A stretch of DNA of 64,000 bases from Planotetraspora sp. GP83 (GCF_041262585.1 NZ_JBGCBZ010000002.1:1-64000), one strand, 5' to 3'. Positions 46,102-56,926 are shown, numbered from the stretch's first letter. The notes: generated by a model from the sequence alone, not told the origin. Made by a program: numbers and translations.

Positions 46102-46566
46102 ATGACCGCAGATGCGGTTTCCGTTGACGTCGCCGGCCCCGGTGGGATCGGCGACGCCGGACCGGCCGTACCGGACGAGTGCCGTGACTGGCTGCGGCGC
46201 GTCGCCGACCTGCTGATCCCCGCGTCGGAGACCATGCCCGCCGCGAGTGAGGCGGGCGTCGCCGGCCGTCAGCTCGACGTGGTGCTCAGGAGCCGGCCGG
46301 ACCTGACCCACCATCTGCTGCGGGCATGGACGCTCACCGTCGACGCCGATCCGCCGGAGATCATGGCCGAGCTGGGGGCACTCGATCCCGCCGCCCACGA
46401 CGCCCTCTGCCTGATCATCGCCGGGGGCTATTACACCAACCCGCGTGTCCGCGGGCTGCTCGGGTACACCGGCCAGCAGCCGCACGTCGTCGGCGTCGCC
46501 GAGGACATCGATGAGGAACTGCTGGCACGCGTGATCGAGCGCGGCCCGCGCTACCGCGAGGCCTGA
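46102..46566 (+). CDS. gluconate 2-dehydrogenase subunit-3-like small subunit accompanying the GMC oxidoreductase
   Basis: 154 aa, directly downstream of the GMC gene; typical small partner of GMC dehydrogenase complexes. Confidence 0.5.
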   Translation: MTADAVSVDVAGPGGIGDAGPAVPDECRDWLRRVADLLIPASETMPAASEAGVAGRQLDVVLRSRPDLTHHLLRAWTLTVDADPPEIMAELGALDPAAHDALCLIIAGGYYTNPRVRGLLGYTGQQPHVVGVAEDIDEELLARVIERGPRYREA

Positions 46567-46682
46567 GTCATGTCTGACACTCCCTGACAGCCGCCGCCCG
46601 CGGCGGGGGAACGGCCCCGCCCCCGGCACACCGCTCCTCCCTTTCACCACACCGCGGCACCGACATCCCGGCAAGGACTGAT

Positions 46683-48176
46683 ATGACCAGCGAGACCCAG
46701 ACCCAGACCCAGACCGAGACCGAGCCCCAGACCCGCACCGTCGACACCGTCAATCCGGCCACCGGGCGCCCTCTGCGTTCGTACCCCGCGTTCTCCGACG
46801 AGCAGATCGACCAGGCGCTGGCCGACGCGTACGGCACGGCGCGTGCCTGGCGCGGTGTCGCCGTCGAGGAGCGTGCGAGGCGTCTCGGCGCGGTCGCGGG
46901 CGTTCTCCGGTCGCGCCGGGAGGAGCTCGCCGGGCTCATCACCGCGGAGATGGGCAAACCGCTGCCCGAGGCGCTGGCGGAGATCGACAAGTGCGCCTGG
47001 CAGTGTGACCAGTACGCCACGTCGGGAGCGGAGCTCCTGAAGCCCGAGCACATCGAGACCGCGGCGGAATCGAGCTACATCGTCTACGAACCGCTGGGTG
47101 TCGTGCTCGCGGTGATGCCGTGGAACTTCCCGTTCTGGCAGCTTTTCCGGTTCGCCGTCCCGGCGATGCTGGCGGGCAACACCGTGCTGCTGAAGCACTC
47201 GCCGAACGTCACGGGCTCCGCCCTGGCGATCGAGGAGGTCTTCGCGGCGGAGTTGCCGCCCGGGGTGCTGCGCACGCTCGTCGTGCACGAGAGCGACGTC
47301 CCGGCCGTGGCCGACCGCCTCATCGCCGACAGCAGGGTCGCCGCCGTGACCCTCACCGGGTCGACCCGTGCGGGCGGCCACGTGGCGGCGGCGGCCGGTA
47401 AGGCGCTGAAGAAGAGCGTGCTCGAACTCGGCGGCTCCGACCCGTTCGTGGTGCTCGCGGACGCGGACCTGCGGACGGCCGCGGTGCACGCGGCGAAGTC
47501 CCGTCTGATGTGCGCCGGTCAGACGTGCATCGCGGCCAAGCGGGTGATCGTGCACGCGGACGTCGCCGACGAGTTCGAGCGCCTCTTCGTCGACGCCATC
47601 GCCGCCGCGACCGTCGGCGACCCGACGGCCGAAGGCACGAGCGTGGGGCCGCTCGCCCGCGCGGACCTCCTCGACCACCTGGAGCGCCAGGTGCGGGAGT
47701 CGGTCGCGCAGGGCGCGAAGGTGCTGTGCGGCGGCGAGCGGATGGACGGCGACGGCAACTTCTTCGCGCCGACGGTCCTGACCAACGTGACGCGGGACAT
47801 GCCGGTCTTCAGCGAGGAGACCTTCGGCCCGGTGGCCGCCCTGATCCGCGTCCAGGACGACGAGGAGGCCATCGCCGTGGCGAACGACACAGAGTACGGC
47901 CTGGCGGCCAGTGTCTGGAGCCGCGACGTCGAGCACGCCCTCGCGGTCGGCGGCCGGATCGAATCCGGGTGCCTGTTCGTGAACTCGTTCGTCTCCTCCG
48001 ACCCGAGGGTGCCGTTCGGCGGCATCAAGCGCAGCGGGTACGGCCGGGAGTTGGGGGCGGCCGGCGTCCGCGAGTTCACCAACGTGCGAAGCGTCTGGAT
48101 CGCGCCCACCGCCACCCCGCAACCCGCCACCCCGCAGCCCTCCACCCCGCAGCCCTCCACCGCCGCGACGGAGTGA
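46683..48176 (+). CDS. NAD(P)-dependent aldehyde dehydrogenase (succinate-semialdehyde-DH-like)
   Basis: Catalytic LELGGSDP / CxAAKR. Unusual low-complexity N-terminal extension (TQTQTQTETEPQT) and C-terminal (PQPATPQPSTPQPST) extension encoded by tandem nucleotide repeats. Confidence 0.85.
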   Translation: MTSETQTQTQTETEPQTRTVDTVNPATGRPLRSYPAFSDEQIDQALADAYGTARAWRGVAVEERARRLGAVAGVLRSRREELAGLITAEMGKPLPEALAEIDKCAWQCDQYATSGAELLKPEHIETAAESSYIVYEPLGVVLAVMPWNFPFWQLFRFAVPAMLAGNTVLLKHSPNVTGSALAIEEVFAAELPPGVLRTLVVHESDVPAVADRLIADSRVAAVTLTGSTRAGGHVAAAAGKALKKSVLELGGSDPFVVLADADLRTAAVHAAKSRLMCAGQTCIAAKRVIVHADVADEFERLFVDAIAAATVGDPTAEGTSVGPLARADLLDHLERQVRESVAQGAKVLCGGERMDGDGNFFAPTVLTNVTRDMPVFSEETFGPVAALIRVQDDEEAIAVANDTEYGLAASVWSRDVEHALAVGGRIESGCLFVNSFVSSDPRVPFGGIKRSGYGRELGAAGVREFTNVRSVWIAPTATPQPATPQPSTPQPSTAATE

Positions 48177-48331
48177 CCGGCCCCGTCGCACCGCCGGGCC
48201 GTACGCGTCCCGGAGAGTACGGCCCGGCGGTCAGGACGGCGCGCCGCGTGCGGCCCGGCGTTGGGATGGTCGCCGGACGCACGCCCGGCCACCGCCTCGT
48301 GACGGTGGCCGGGGCTGCTACGACGAGCTGA

Positions 48332-49711
48332 TCAGAAACCGGCGGTTATGCGGGTGAAGTCCCAGTTGTTACCGGACAGGCCGCTGCAGGTCTCCTGAAG
48401 GCCGCCGCCCGCGCACGGACGGTCCCGGTTGACCGACCAGAACGCGAGACGGGTGAGGCCCTTGGAGTTGGCCCAGTCACGGATCTGCGTCCAGGTCGAC
48501 TGGGTGGTGACCTCCCCCTGGTCGGACAGGCCGTTCATGCCGGAGATGCCCATGTGCGCGTACGCCTGGGCGTCGGTCCAGCCCCACGCGTTCTTGAGCG
48601 CGGTCTTCAGTCCCTCGGCCGCGTTGACCGTGCTCTGGTACATGTTCGCGCCGCCGCCGAAGTCGAACGGCATGATCGTGTAGTTGTCGATGGGCACGTT
48701 GAGCGCCCGGGACTGGTTGATCAGCCGGATGCCGTCGCCGCCAGGCCCGCTGGTGCTCGTGCCGAAGGTGAGGGCGACCTTGACGTTGGGGTTGTTCTGC
48801 TTGACGATCTTCAGGCCGCCCAGGATGCGGTCCTGGACCGTGTAGTTCGAGAACTCGTCGGTGTTCTCGATGTCGAAGTCCACCACGGCGGGGCCGACGG
48901 CGTTGATGACCTGCTGCACCGCGCCGGCGAAGGCGGAGGACGACGAACAGTTCGGGCCGAGCTTGTTGCCCGACCAGCCGCCGAAGGAGACCTGGACGCT
49001 GCCGCCCGCCCCCTTGATCGACGAGATCGTCTGCGCGTCCACGCCCCCCGTAAGCGGACGGGAGCCGTCCCACATCGGCGTGCAGCCTCCCCCGGAGAGG
49101 ATGAACGCCATGGTGAAGGACTTGACCCCGGTGGCGCTCATCACCGAGGTGGCGCTGGGCGGGCTGCCCCAGCCCATGTAGAGGTACGGCGCGCCGGGCA
49201 TCTTGCCGGGCGGGGGTGGCGGCGGCGGGGTGGTACCGCTGGGCAGCGTCCACCGCTGGTTGGCCCCGGCGAAGCAGTCCCAGAGCTGGAGCGGGGTTCC
49301 GTCGGCCGAGCTGGGTCCGGTGGCGTCCAGGCACTTGCCGAGAGCGCGCAGGGTGCCGTCGGAGCCGGCCGTCCAGTTCTGCGCCGCCGTGCCGTTGCAG
49401 TCCCAGATCTGCACCTTGGTGCCGTTGGCGCTGCTGGCGGCGGCGACGTCCAGGCACTTGCCGAGCGCCCGGATAGTGCCGTCGGTATCCACGGTCCACT
49501 GCTGGGCGCCGGTGCCGTTGCAGGTGTAGAGCTGCACCTGGGTCCCGTTGGCGCTGCTGGCGGCGGCCACGTCGACGCACTTGCCGCCGTAGCCGGTGAT
49601 CTGTCCTGTGGCCGCCCACGCGGGGACGACGCCGGTCACGACGAGGGACAGGGCGGCCACCAGCGCGCCCACGAGGAGACGCAGGTGGCGGCCGGAGTGT
49701 TGCGATTTCAT
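48332..49711 (-). CDS. secreted ricin-B lectin (beta-trefoil) + GH18 glycoside hydrolase (chitinase-like)
   Basis: Start MKSQHSGRHLRLLVGALVAALSLVVTGVVPAWA (signal peptide). QxW repeats (AQQWT, AQNWT, NQRWT). Pro linker. GH18 DxDxE box (VVDFDIE). Confidence 0.8.
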   Translation of the reverse strand: MKSQHSGRHLRLLVGALVAALSLVVTGVVPAWAATGQITGYGGKCVDVAAASSANGTQVQLYTCNGTGAQQWTVDTDGTIRALGKCLDVAAASSANGTKVQIWDCNGTAAQNWTAGSDGTLRALGKCLDATGPSSADGTPLQLWDCFAGANQRWTLPSGTTPPPPPPPGKMPGAPYLYMGWGSPPSATSVMSATGVKSFTMAFILSGGGCTPMWDGSRPLTGGVDAQTISSIKGAGGSVQVSFGGWSGNKLGPNCSSSSAFAGAVQQVINAVGPAVVDFDIENTDEFSNYTVQDRILGGLKIVKQNNPNVKVALTFGTSTSGPGGDGIRLINQSRALNVPIDNYTIMPFDFGGGANMYQSTVNAAEGLKTALKNAWGWTDAQAYAHMGISGMNGLSDQGEVTTQSTWTQIRDWANSKGLTRLAFWSVNRDRPCAGGGLQETCSGLSGNNWDFTRITAGF

Positions 49712-50382
49712 GGGGGGCGTGTCTCTTTCTTCGAGAGAGGCTTGACTTGAACTAACCTCCGAATTAAGGGCCTGAGAACCTCCCTTGGTCCGCCTTCCCG
49801 CAGGCCGTGACGGGCGGCCCCGATACTGACAGGAAGGTTTCTTATTTATTTTATGATCTGAATTTAAGGCTGGCCGGGCACGGTGAGTCAAGAGGCAAGT
49901 TGCCGGCCGCACTGCCGGTCAGGTTGGATCTCGGTTCTGCCGGGGTCGGAGCCTCCGTGCCCGCCGGCACCGACTGAGGGGCGGATCCTCGATCCCGGCC
50001 ACTGGGCCCCTGAGCCGATCCGGGCGACGCCCGGGGCCTCTCGGAACCAGCCCACCCGGTGCGCCGGGCGGGCCTCCACTCCGGCCAAGGCAGAAATCAA
50101 TCCCTCGGCCGAACACTTCAACCGGCCACGCCAAGATCCAAAAAAAACAGCGGTTAGCATCGCTAATCCTCAGCGCAATATTGGCGCGCGCTTATCGTCT
50201 GGACACTGCATCCGGCGCCCGTGAGACTCGCAGCACAGTGATTGCCCTCAGCCGCGGCGGATGGAAATTCGACAGCACAACGGTCTATCACTTGTTGCAG
50301 CACCCCGAAAAGCGCGACCCCCCGGTCCGGAGTGGCACACCCAAACTGGGATACCACGCCGGGAAGCAAGGAAAGGCAAGCG

Positions 50383-51225
50383 ATGACCACGAAGCGCATT
50401 TCTCTGGCCATCGGCGCGGTGTTCCTCACTGCCCTCACCACGGCGGCATGTGGAAGCTCCGATCCGGCCGCCGGCGACAAGTCCGGAATCGATACCGTCA
50501 AGCCCGGCGTGCTGACCGTGGTCTTCGCGGACTTCCCTTACCCCGGGTTCATCGAAGGCAGCAACCCGACCGCCCCGACGGGCGGTTACTTCGTCGACCT
50601 GACTCAGAAGATGGGCAAGGATCTCGGTCTCAAGGTCGAATACAACAAGATCGACTTCACGGCAATGATCGGTGGGCAGGCGAAGAACTACGACATTTCA
50701 GCCGACACGTTCTCGATCCTTCCGGAGCGCGTCAAGAAATTCGATATGACCACTCCGATATGGTCCGACCATATCGCGATCGCCACCAAAAAGGGCGTGG
50801 ACGCGAGCACCGCCGACAAGATCCGAGAGCTGAAGCTGGGCTCCTGCGGAGCCTGCGACACGGCCCAATACATCAACAACGTGATCAAGCCCAACGTCAA
50901 GCCTCTCGGCTTCGACGAAGACCAGCAGAAGTACGACGCGGTGATGGACGGCCGCATCGACGGCGCCCTCGGCAACCTGCCGACGATCCTTTCCAAGATG
51001 CAGACCCCCAAATACTCCGGAATGCAGGCCGCCTGCCAACTGCCCGAGGAAAGCCAGTACGCCTGGATCCTCAACAAGGGTGCAGCGGTCTTCCCCAAGG
51101 TTCAGGACCTGCTGAAGAAGTACCAGGCGGACGGAACCCTCAAGGCGATGCAGGAAAAGAACGTCCTGCCCACTCTCGGTGGAGTCGATCCGGCTTCCGT
51201 GCCGACATGCCCGTCGTTCGGCTGA
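50383..51225 (+). CDS. amino-acid ABC transporter substrate-binding lipoprotein (SBP_bac_3)
   Basis: MTTKRISLAIGAVFLTALTTAAC (lipobox). Periplasmic-binding-protein type 3 pattern. Confidence 0.8.
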   Translation: MTTKRISLAIGAVFLTALTTAACGSSDPAAGDKSGIDTVKPGVLTVVFADFPYPGFIEGSNPTAPTGGYFVDLTQKMGKDLGLKVEYNKIDFTAMIGGQAKNYDISADTFSILPERVKKFDMTTPIWSDHIAIATKKGVDASTADKIRELKLGSCGACDTAQYINNVIKPNVKPLGFDEDQQKYDAVMDGRIDGALGNLPTILSKMQTPKYSGMQAACQLPEESQYAWILNKGAAVFPKVQDLLKKYQADGTLKAMQEKNVLPTLGGVDPASVPTCPSFG

Positions 51226-51351
51226 CGCCGGCCTCTGCGGCCGGCTCCGGCCGGCCATCGAAGAAGTGATCACGCGGGAGAGCCCGGCCGTCATCCCCCG
51301 GGACGGCCGAGCTCTCCCGCCGAGCAGGGAAGCGGACCAGGGAAGCGAACT

Positions 51352-52365
51352 ATGGATCAAACCATTGAGAATCCAGCGCAGTCGCCGGACGGCCTGTTGG
51401 TCGTCGGGCAGGTTGATTCTGATGGCGACAACGCACCGAACAGATTCCCGAGCATGATTTCACCGATCATCGCGACGGTGCTGTTCCCGCCGGTGGGACT
51501 GGTCTCCCTCATCAACGCGGTCAGATATCGCCGGTCGGTGCGGGAGGGGAGGCCCGCCGTCGCGCAGGCCCTGAGGGCACGGGATTGGGCCACGTACGCG
51601 TTCGGCGCGGCCCTCACCACCCTCATCGTGGTGGCGATCGCGGCGTTTCTCCTGCTCAACGATCACGCCGTGCTGCGTGCGTATTTCGACCTCGACGCCC
51701 TCGGGAAGAGCATCCCGGACATCGCCGGCGCCTTCGTGAGCAACCTCACCGTTTCGATCACCGCCGAAATCGGAATCGTCATCTGGGGCCTTGTTCTCGC
51801 CGTAGGCCGCTCCCTGCCAGGCCGGGCATACCTGCCAATACGACTTATCGTCGTTGGCTACATCGACCTGTTCCGCGCGCTTCCCGGCCTTCTGACGATC
51901 CTTCTGATCGGGTTCGGACTACCCGCCACCGGCATCGGCTTCTTCGCGACCATGTCGCTGTACCAGACGGGCGCCATAGCCCTCATCGTGGTCTACGGCG
52001 CCTACGTGGCCGAGATCTTCCGCGGAGCGATCGACGCGATTCCGAGCGGGCAGCTCGCCGCGGCGCGTTCCCTGGGATTCGGATATTTCGGCGCCATGCG
52101 CCACATCATCTTGCCCCAAGCGATCCGGTCGACTCTGCCCTCGCTGCTGAACTGGTACATCTCCGTGCTCAAGGACACCTCGCTGCTCTCGGTGCTCGGC
52201 CTGGTCGAAGGCCTGACGACAGCGAGAATTCAGGTCACTTTCATGTCGAATCTGAGCCCCCTGGTGGGGGTCTCCCTGTGCTTCCTTGTCGTCACGCTGC
52301 CGCTGTCACGCCTCACGGACTACATCATCATGCGCTCAGCTCGCAAACGCCAGGGAAAGGCGTGA
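51352..52365 (+). CDS. amino-acid ABC transporter permease (His/Glu/Gln/Arg/opine type) with an ~90-aa N-terminal extension
   Basis: EAA-like loop ...AARSLGFGYFGAMRHIILPQAIRSTLPSLLN. Confidence 0.8.
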   Translation: MDQTIENPAQSPDGLLVVGQVDSDGDNAPNRFPSMISPIIATVLFPPVGLVSLINAVRYRRSVREGRPAVAQALRARDWATYAFGAALTTLIVVAIAAFLLLNDHAVLRAYFDLDALGKSIPDIAGAFVSNLTVSITAEIGIVIWGLVLAVGRSLPGRAYLPIRLIVVGYIDLFRALPGLLTILLIGFGLPATGIGFFATMSLYQTGAIALIVVYGAYVAEIFRGAIDAIPSGQLAAARSLGFGYFGAMRHIILPQAIRSTLPSLLNWYISVLKDTSLLSVLGLVEGLTTARIQVTFMSNLSPLVGVSLCFLVVTLPLSRLTDYIIMRSARKRQGKA

Positions 52366-52369
52366 GTGA

Positions 52370-53113
52370 ATGTCATTCGTCAGACTTGAACATGTGGGAA
52401 AGACCTACGGGTCCATAAAGGTGCTGAACGACCTGAATCTCCGGGTCGGCAAGCATGAGGTCGTGTGTCTGATCGGCCCCTCCGGCTGCGGAAAGTCAAC
52501 GATGCTGAGATGCGTCAACGGCCTGGAGTCCATTCAGACCGGAGCCGTCTTCGTCGGCGACCTAGAGGTGTCGAGTCCCATCGTGGACATGAATGCCGTG
52601 CGCCGCCGCGTGGGCATGGTCTTCCAGCACTTCAATCTCTTCCCGCACATGACGGCCATCGAAAACGTCATGGTCGCGCAACGGCGCGTCCTGGGCAGGG
52701 ACAAGGGGGCGGCCCGGGACATCGCTTTCCGGCTCCTCTCCCGCGTCGGCCTGTCGAAGAAGGTCGGCAAATATCCCGAGGCGCTCTCAGGAGGCGAGCA
52801 GCAGCGGGTGGCGATCGCCCGCACGCTTGCCATGTCCCCCCAGGCTCTTCTTCTCGACGAGATCACTTCCGCGCTCGATCCGGAACTCGTCGGCGAAGTC
52901 CTGGAAATCGTCCGCGAGCTCGCGAACGAGGGGATGACGATGCTGCTGGCGACCCATGAAATGAGCTTCGCACGCGAGGTCGCCACCCGTGTGTGCTTCG
53001 TCGCCGACGGCTCGATATACGAGGAAGGCCCCGCGGAGAAGATTCTGTCGGACCCGGATCGGCCGAAGACGCAGGCATTCCTGCGTCGTCTCGTCGAATC
53101 GCACCGGCTCTGA
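52370..53113 (+). CDS. amino-acid ABC transporter ATP-binding protein
   Basis: GPSGCGKST, LSGGEQQRVAIARTLA, LLLDEITSALD. Confidence 0.9.
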   Translation: MSFVRLEHVGKTYGSIKVLNDLNLRVGKHEVVCLIGPSGCGKSTMLRCVNGLESIQTGAVFVGDLEVSSPIVDMNAVRRRVGMVFQHFNLFPHMTAIENVMVAQRRVLGRDKGAARDIAFRLLSRVGLSKKVGKYPEALSGGEQQRVAIARTLAMSPQALLLDEITSALDPELVGEVLEIVRELANEGMTMLLATHEMSFAREVATRVCFVADGSIYEEGPAEKILSDPDRPKTQAFLRRLVESHRL

Positions 53114-53199
53114 TCGCACGGCTCTAATCGCGGCGGCTCTACACATCGGAGCGGCGACCACGGCACAGCGGAAGCCGCGTAATCGGAGATCACAAGTTC

Positions 53200-53703
53200 A
53201 TGACGGACGAGATCGGCTACTACTTCGCCTATTGCACCTGGCTCGACCCTCGGCTCCTCAAGGCGAGGGCTCCCAGCGCGAGGGTCGTCACCCTCGGCAG
53301 AGCTCACAACCGGCGAGTCGAGTTCCGCCGGTCGGCGGACTCGGAAGGCAGCAAGGGCTGGTGTCACCTCTCGGACAGCGGTGACGCCTGGGGCCGGGTC
53401 GCATATGGCGCGATCATCGAAATGGGCCTGCCTCATAACGCGCGGGTCTTCGCGGCGAATGGGGCGCGGTTCCTCAGCGTGTACGGGGATGACGGCGCCG
53501 TCTACGACTGCTGGACGTACTGCCTGAACAATCCGGGTGAGCCGATGAGGGTCCCGGACTATGAGTGGGATCACATCGTGGCCGGCATCGAGGCGTGGGC
53601 CCTGCCGCGGTCCTACGCGGAGGAGTTGCGGGCGACGTATGACGCGGCTGAGGCCTGCCCCGATCCCGGGCGGGCCAACCCGGTCCTCCTCCCGGACGAA
53701 TAG
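53200..53703 (+). CDS. gamma-glutamylcyclotransferase-like (GGCT/AIG2/GGACT-fold) protein
   Basis: N-terminal IGYYFAYCTWLDPRLL resembles the YFAYGSNL motif of the GGCT fold. Confidence 0.5.
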   Translation: MTDEIGYYFAYCTWLDPRLLKARAPSARVVTLGRAHNRRVEFRRSADSEGSKGWCHLSDSGDAWGRVAYGAIIEMGLPHNARVFAANGARFLSVYGDDGAVYDCWTYCLNNPGEPMRVPDYEWDHIVAGIEAWALPRSYAEELRATYDAAEACPDPGRANPVLLPDE

Positions 53704-53747
53704 TCGACGGTCGTACCCGGACACCGGAAGAAAGCGAATCAACACCC

Positions 53748-54926
53748 ATGACCGTGACACAAGACGTCGTCGTCATCGGCGGCGGCCTCAACGGTGCCGC
53801 GACGGCATATCACCTGTCCCGACTGGGCGCGGGGCAGGTCATTCTCCTGACCGGAACCATGGCGGACCGTAGCGCGTCTCAGGACGCCGTCGGCCTGCTG
53901 AGAACCCACCACGACAACAGGCCCGAGGCGGCTCTCGCGGCGGCGAGCATGCCGTTCTTCGAGCATTGGGAGGAGCACGTTGGGGCGCCCAACGGGTGGC
54001 TCCCCTCGGGCTTCATCCGTTTCGTCGGCGAGGACGAGGTCGAGAGCCTCAAGACCAATGTCGCCATTCAGCATGAGCTCGGAGTGGAGGCGCTCGTTCT
54101 TGGCCCCGCGGAGATCGCCGGCCTCCACCCCTACTTCGACCTGCACGGGATCGGCGCGGCGGTCTATGAGCCCAACGCCGGAACGGCCGACAACTGGCAG
54201 TGCACGACGACGCTTCGCGCCGCGGTCAAGCGGCTGGGTGTCCACGTGAGCCCCACGGACGCCACCGCGATTCTGGTCGATGACCGCGGAGTGACAGGCG
54301 TTGAGACCGCCGGCGGGGAGACCATCGCCACGCGGACCGTCGTGCTGGCGGCGGGCGCCTGGTCGAAGCCCCTCGCCGCGTCGGCGGGCATCGCGTTGCC
54401 GCTGGAATCACGGGCGATATCCGTGGGCGAGATCGACCTTCCCGAGGAGCTCGGCCGAGTCAGTTCGTACATGGATCCGATCACCGATTCCTGGCTGACG
54501 CCCAGACCCGGTCGTCGCGGCCTCATCACGCTGCATGACGAGTTCACGGCGAAGCCGGCGGATCCCGACAGGTACGGCCTGCGCGTCGACCCGGCCGCCG
54601 ACGCGGAGGGGATCGCGAAGGTCGCCTCCCGCGTACCGACACTCGGCGGCTCGAAGGTCCGGCGGTCATGGACCAGAGTCGACACCTACGCCCCAGACGG
54701 CAAGCCAATCTTCGGCGGGGTGGATCAGATGCCGGGGTTATACCTGAATGTCGCAGCGGCCGGCAAAGGGCACAAGGTGGCGCCGGCGGCGGGGCTGTCC
54801 CTCAGCGAGCTCATTCTCGGCCACGACACGACGACCGTCGATCTGACGCCGTTCAACCTGAATCGATTCGCGGGTGCCGGGTTCCCGGTGTCCGGCGCGG
54901 AATACGCCAAACGAACCATCGGGTGA
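53748..54926 (+). CDS. FAD-dependent oxidoreductase of the DAO family (sarcosine/pipecolate-oxidase-like)
   Basis: VVVIGGGLNGAATAYHLSR (GxGxxG). DAO-like length and C-terminal ...AAGKGHKVAPAAG. Confidence 0.8.
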   Translation: MTVTQDVVVIGGGLNGAATAYHLSRLGAGQVILLTGTMADRSASQDAVGLLRTHHDNRPEAALAAASMPFFEHWEEHVGAPNGWLPSGFIRFVGEDEVESLKTNVAIQHELGVEALVLGPAEIAGLHPYFDLHGIGAAVYEPNAGTADNWQCTTTLRAAVKRLGVHVSPTDATAILVDDRGVTGVETAGGETIATRTVVLAAGAWSKPLAASAGIALPLESRAISVGEIDLPEELGRVSSYMDPITDSWLTPRPGRRGLITLHDEFTAKPADPDRYGLRVDPAADAEGIAKVASRVPTLGGSKVRRSWTRVDTYAPDGKPIFGGVDQMPGLYLNVAAAGKGHKVAPAAGLSLSELILGHDTTTVDLTPFNLNRFAGAGFPVSGAEYAKRTIG

Positions 54927-54967
54927 GCCCTGCCTCCCGAAGCCCCCGCTACTCAGAGGAATGACAA

Positions 54968-55449
54968 TGACCTCGCCTGATGAATCCACCACCTACTACT
55001 TCGGTTACGGCACCCTGCTGGGAACCGACGAGATGCGGAAGTACTGTCCGGGCGCCGAGAAGGTCGCCGTCGCCTCCTTCCCCGGCCACCGGCTCGAATT
55101 CTGGGCCTACGACGAGAACCGCGTGGGATGCCACCTGGCCGAGGCGCCGGGAACGACGGCGTACGGCGTCGTCTACCGGGTCCCCGATTCGGAGATGGCG
55201 GACCTCGACCGAGCGTCAGGTGTCGGCAACGGCTGGTTCCGGCGCCTGCCCATCGACGTCACCACGGTGGACGGCGTGCCCATGGTGGTCACGACGTACT
55301 TCCTGACGGATCCTCTGCGACCGGCGACCCCCGACGACGCATACGTGGGCCTGGTGCGCGAAGGCTCCCGATCGGCCGGTCTCCCCGAGGACTTCGTCGT
55401 CCGGCTGAACGACTACCTCGACGCGCTGCCCCCTCGCACGACCTCCTGA
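54968..55449 (+). CDS. second gamma-glutamylcyclotransferase-like (AIG2/GGACT-fold) protein
   Basis: TTYYFGYGTLLGTDEMRKY... Paralogous architecture to 53200-53703. Confidence 0.5.
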
Positions 55450-55461
55450 AGGAATATCAAC

Positions 55462-56817
55462 GTGACAAAGTCCACCAAACCCGCGTACTGCATCATCGGC
55501 GCGGGAGCAGCCGGCCTGGCCGCGCTCAAGGCGTTGGTGAGCGCGGGCCACGATGTCACATGTTTCGAACGCAGCGACCGCATCGGCGGGCATTGGCACA
55601 CGGACTACGAGGCGTTGCATCTGATCACGCCCCGGGATTCCTCCGGCTTCGCGGACCGCGAGATGCCCAGCGCCTACCCGACGTTCCCCAGCCGGAACCA
55701 GATGCGGGACTACATCGTCGACTACGGAATGAGCAACGGACTGACCGAGCACATTCTGTTCTCCACAGAGGTGGTCCAGGTCAGACCTGTCAACGGGGAC
55801 TCCAGCCAGGGCTGGCTCGTCTCGACGTCTGATGGCGCGACACGGCACTTCGACGCGGTGATCGTGGCCAACGGACACCTGTGGGATCCCGCCCTCCCGG
55901 ATGTCGCCAGTGGATTCACCGGCGTTTCCCTGCACTCATCTCAATACAGGAACACCCGGGATCTCGAAGGACCGCGAGTCCTCGTGGTGGGCGCGGGCAA
56001 CTCGGGATGCGACCTGGCCGTCGACGCCGCGCAGGGCGGCTTCACCACCAGCATCTCGATCAGAGGCGGCCGGGTCTACCAACCCAAGACGCTGTACGGC
56101 AGGCCGCGCAGCGAGCTGAAGCTCGTCGCGAAACTCCCGCCGCGGCTTCAGGAGCGCGTCCTGCGTGAGCTGGTGAGAATCGCCGTCGGGGACCCGGAAA
56201 GCCATCGCGGGCTCCCGAAGCCCGACAGCCGGAACCTCTTCGAGAACCTCCCCGTCGTCAACAGCCTGCTGACTTACTGGATCGACCACGGTCGTATCCG
56301 GGTGGTGGGCGAGGTCGTCGCCATCGACGGCAGGGCGGTGTCGTTCGCCGACGGCACCACCGAGGAGTTCGACTCCATCCTGTGGGCTTCGGGATTCAAA
56401 GTCGCCCTGCCATTCCTGGAACCCTCCGCCGTCGAGACCCGTGAAGGCGTTCCGTTGAGGGTCGCGGGCGGCGTGCTGCCGCTCAATGCCTCGCGTCTGT
56501 TCTTTGTGGGTCTCATCGCCCCGCGAGGTCCTCAACTGCCCGTCTATTCGGCGCAGTCGGAATTGCTCCTTGACCTGCTGGCCGTCCAGGAGAAGGTGAC
56601 GAAACCCCTGGCGGAATACTTCGGCGGAGCACGGGCCGCGACGGACCAGATCGATCAACTCCGGCATGTGTGGGCGCGAGACATGGCCAAGGCGACGCGG
56701 TTGGCGCGCCGGCTGAAGGAGCGCCCACCGGCGGCCGGTGCTTTTCACCGGCCCGCCCGCTCAGCGTTTCCGGACTCGTCCGTACGGCGGGTCGACCGCG
56801 CCACGGAAGGCCCGTGA
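55462..56817 (+). CDS. flavin-containing monooxygenase (FMO; two Rossmann motifs)
   Basis: YCIIGAGAAGLAALKAL (FAD) and VLVVGAGNSGCDLAVD (NADPH), FMO-like spacing. The C-terminal ~60 residues are low-complexity and the true stop may be earlier. Confidence 0.75.
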   Translation: MTKSTKPAYCIIGAGAAGLAALKALVSAGHDVTCFERSDRIGGHWHTDYEALHLITPRDSSGFADREMPSAYPTFPSRNQMRDYIVDYGMSNGLTEHILFSTEVVQVRPVNGDSSQGWLVSTSDGATRHFDAVIVANGHLWDPALPDVASGFTGVSLHSSQYRNTRDLEGPRVLVVGAGNSGCDLAVDAAQGGFTTSISIRGGRVYQPKTLYGRPRSELKLVAKLPPRLQERVLRELVRIAVGDPESHRGLPKPDSRNLFENLPVVNSLLTYWIDHGRIRVVGEVVAIDGRAVSFADGTTEEFDSILWASGFKVALPFLEPSAVETREGVPLRVAGGVLPLNASRLFFVGLIAPRGPQLPVYSAQSELLLDLLAVQEKVTKPLAEYFGGARAATDQIDQLRHVWARDMAKATRLARRLKERPPAAGAFHRPARSAFPDSSVRRVDRATEGP

Positions 56818-56926
56818 CCACCAGCGGATCTGGTGCTGGAGTGTCGAAACCCAGCGGCTGAGAGCCTTCCAACCGGCTACCGCCTCAGTGATGCTGAGTC
56901 GGCATCACAATGACCTAAGGAGAACT

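Noticed and set aside
46644-48331. 515-aa minus-strand ORF and 273-aa plus-strand ORF overlapping the aldehyde dehydrogenase
   Set aside because: GC-bias artefacts; the ALDH frame has the catalytic Cys/Glu motifs.
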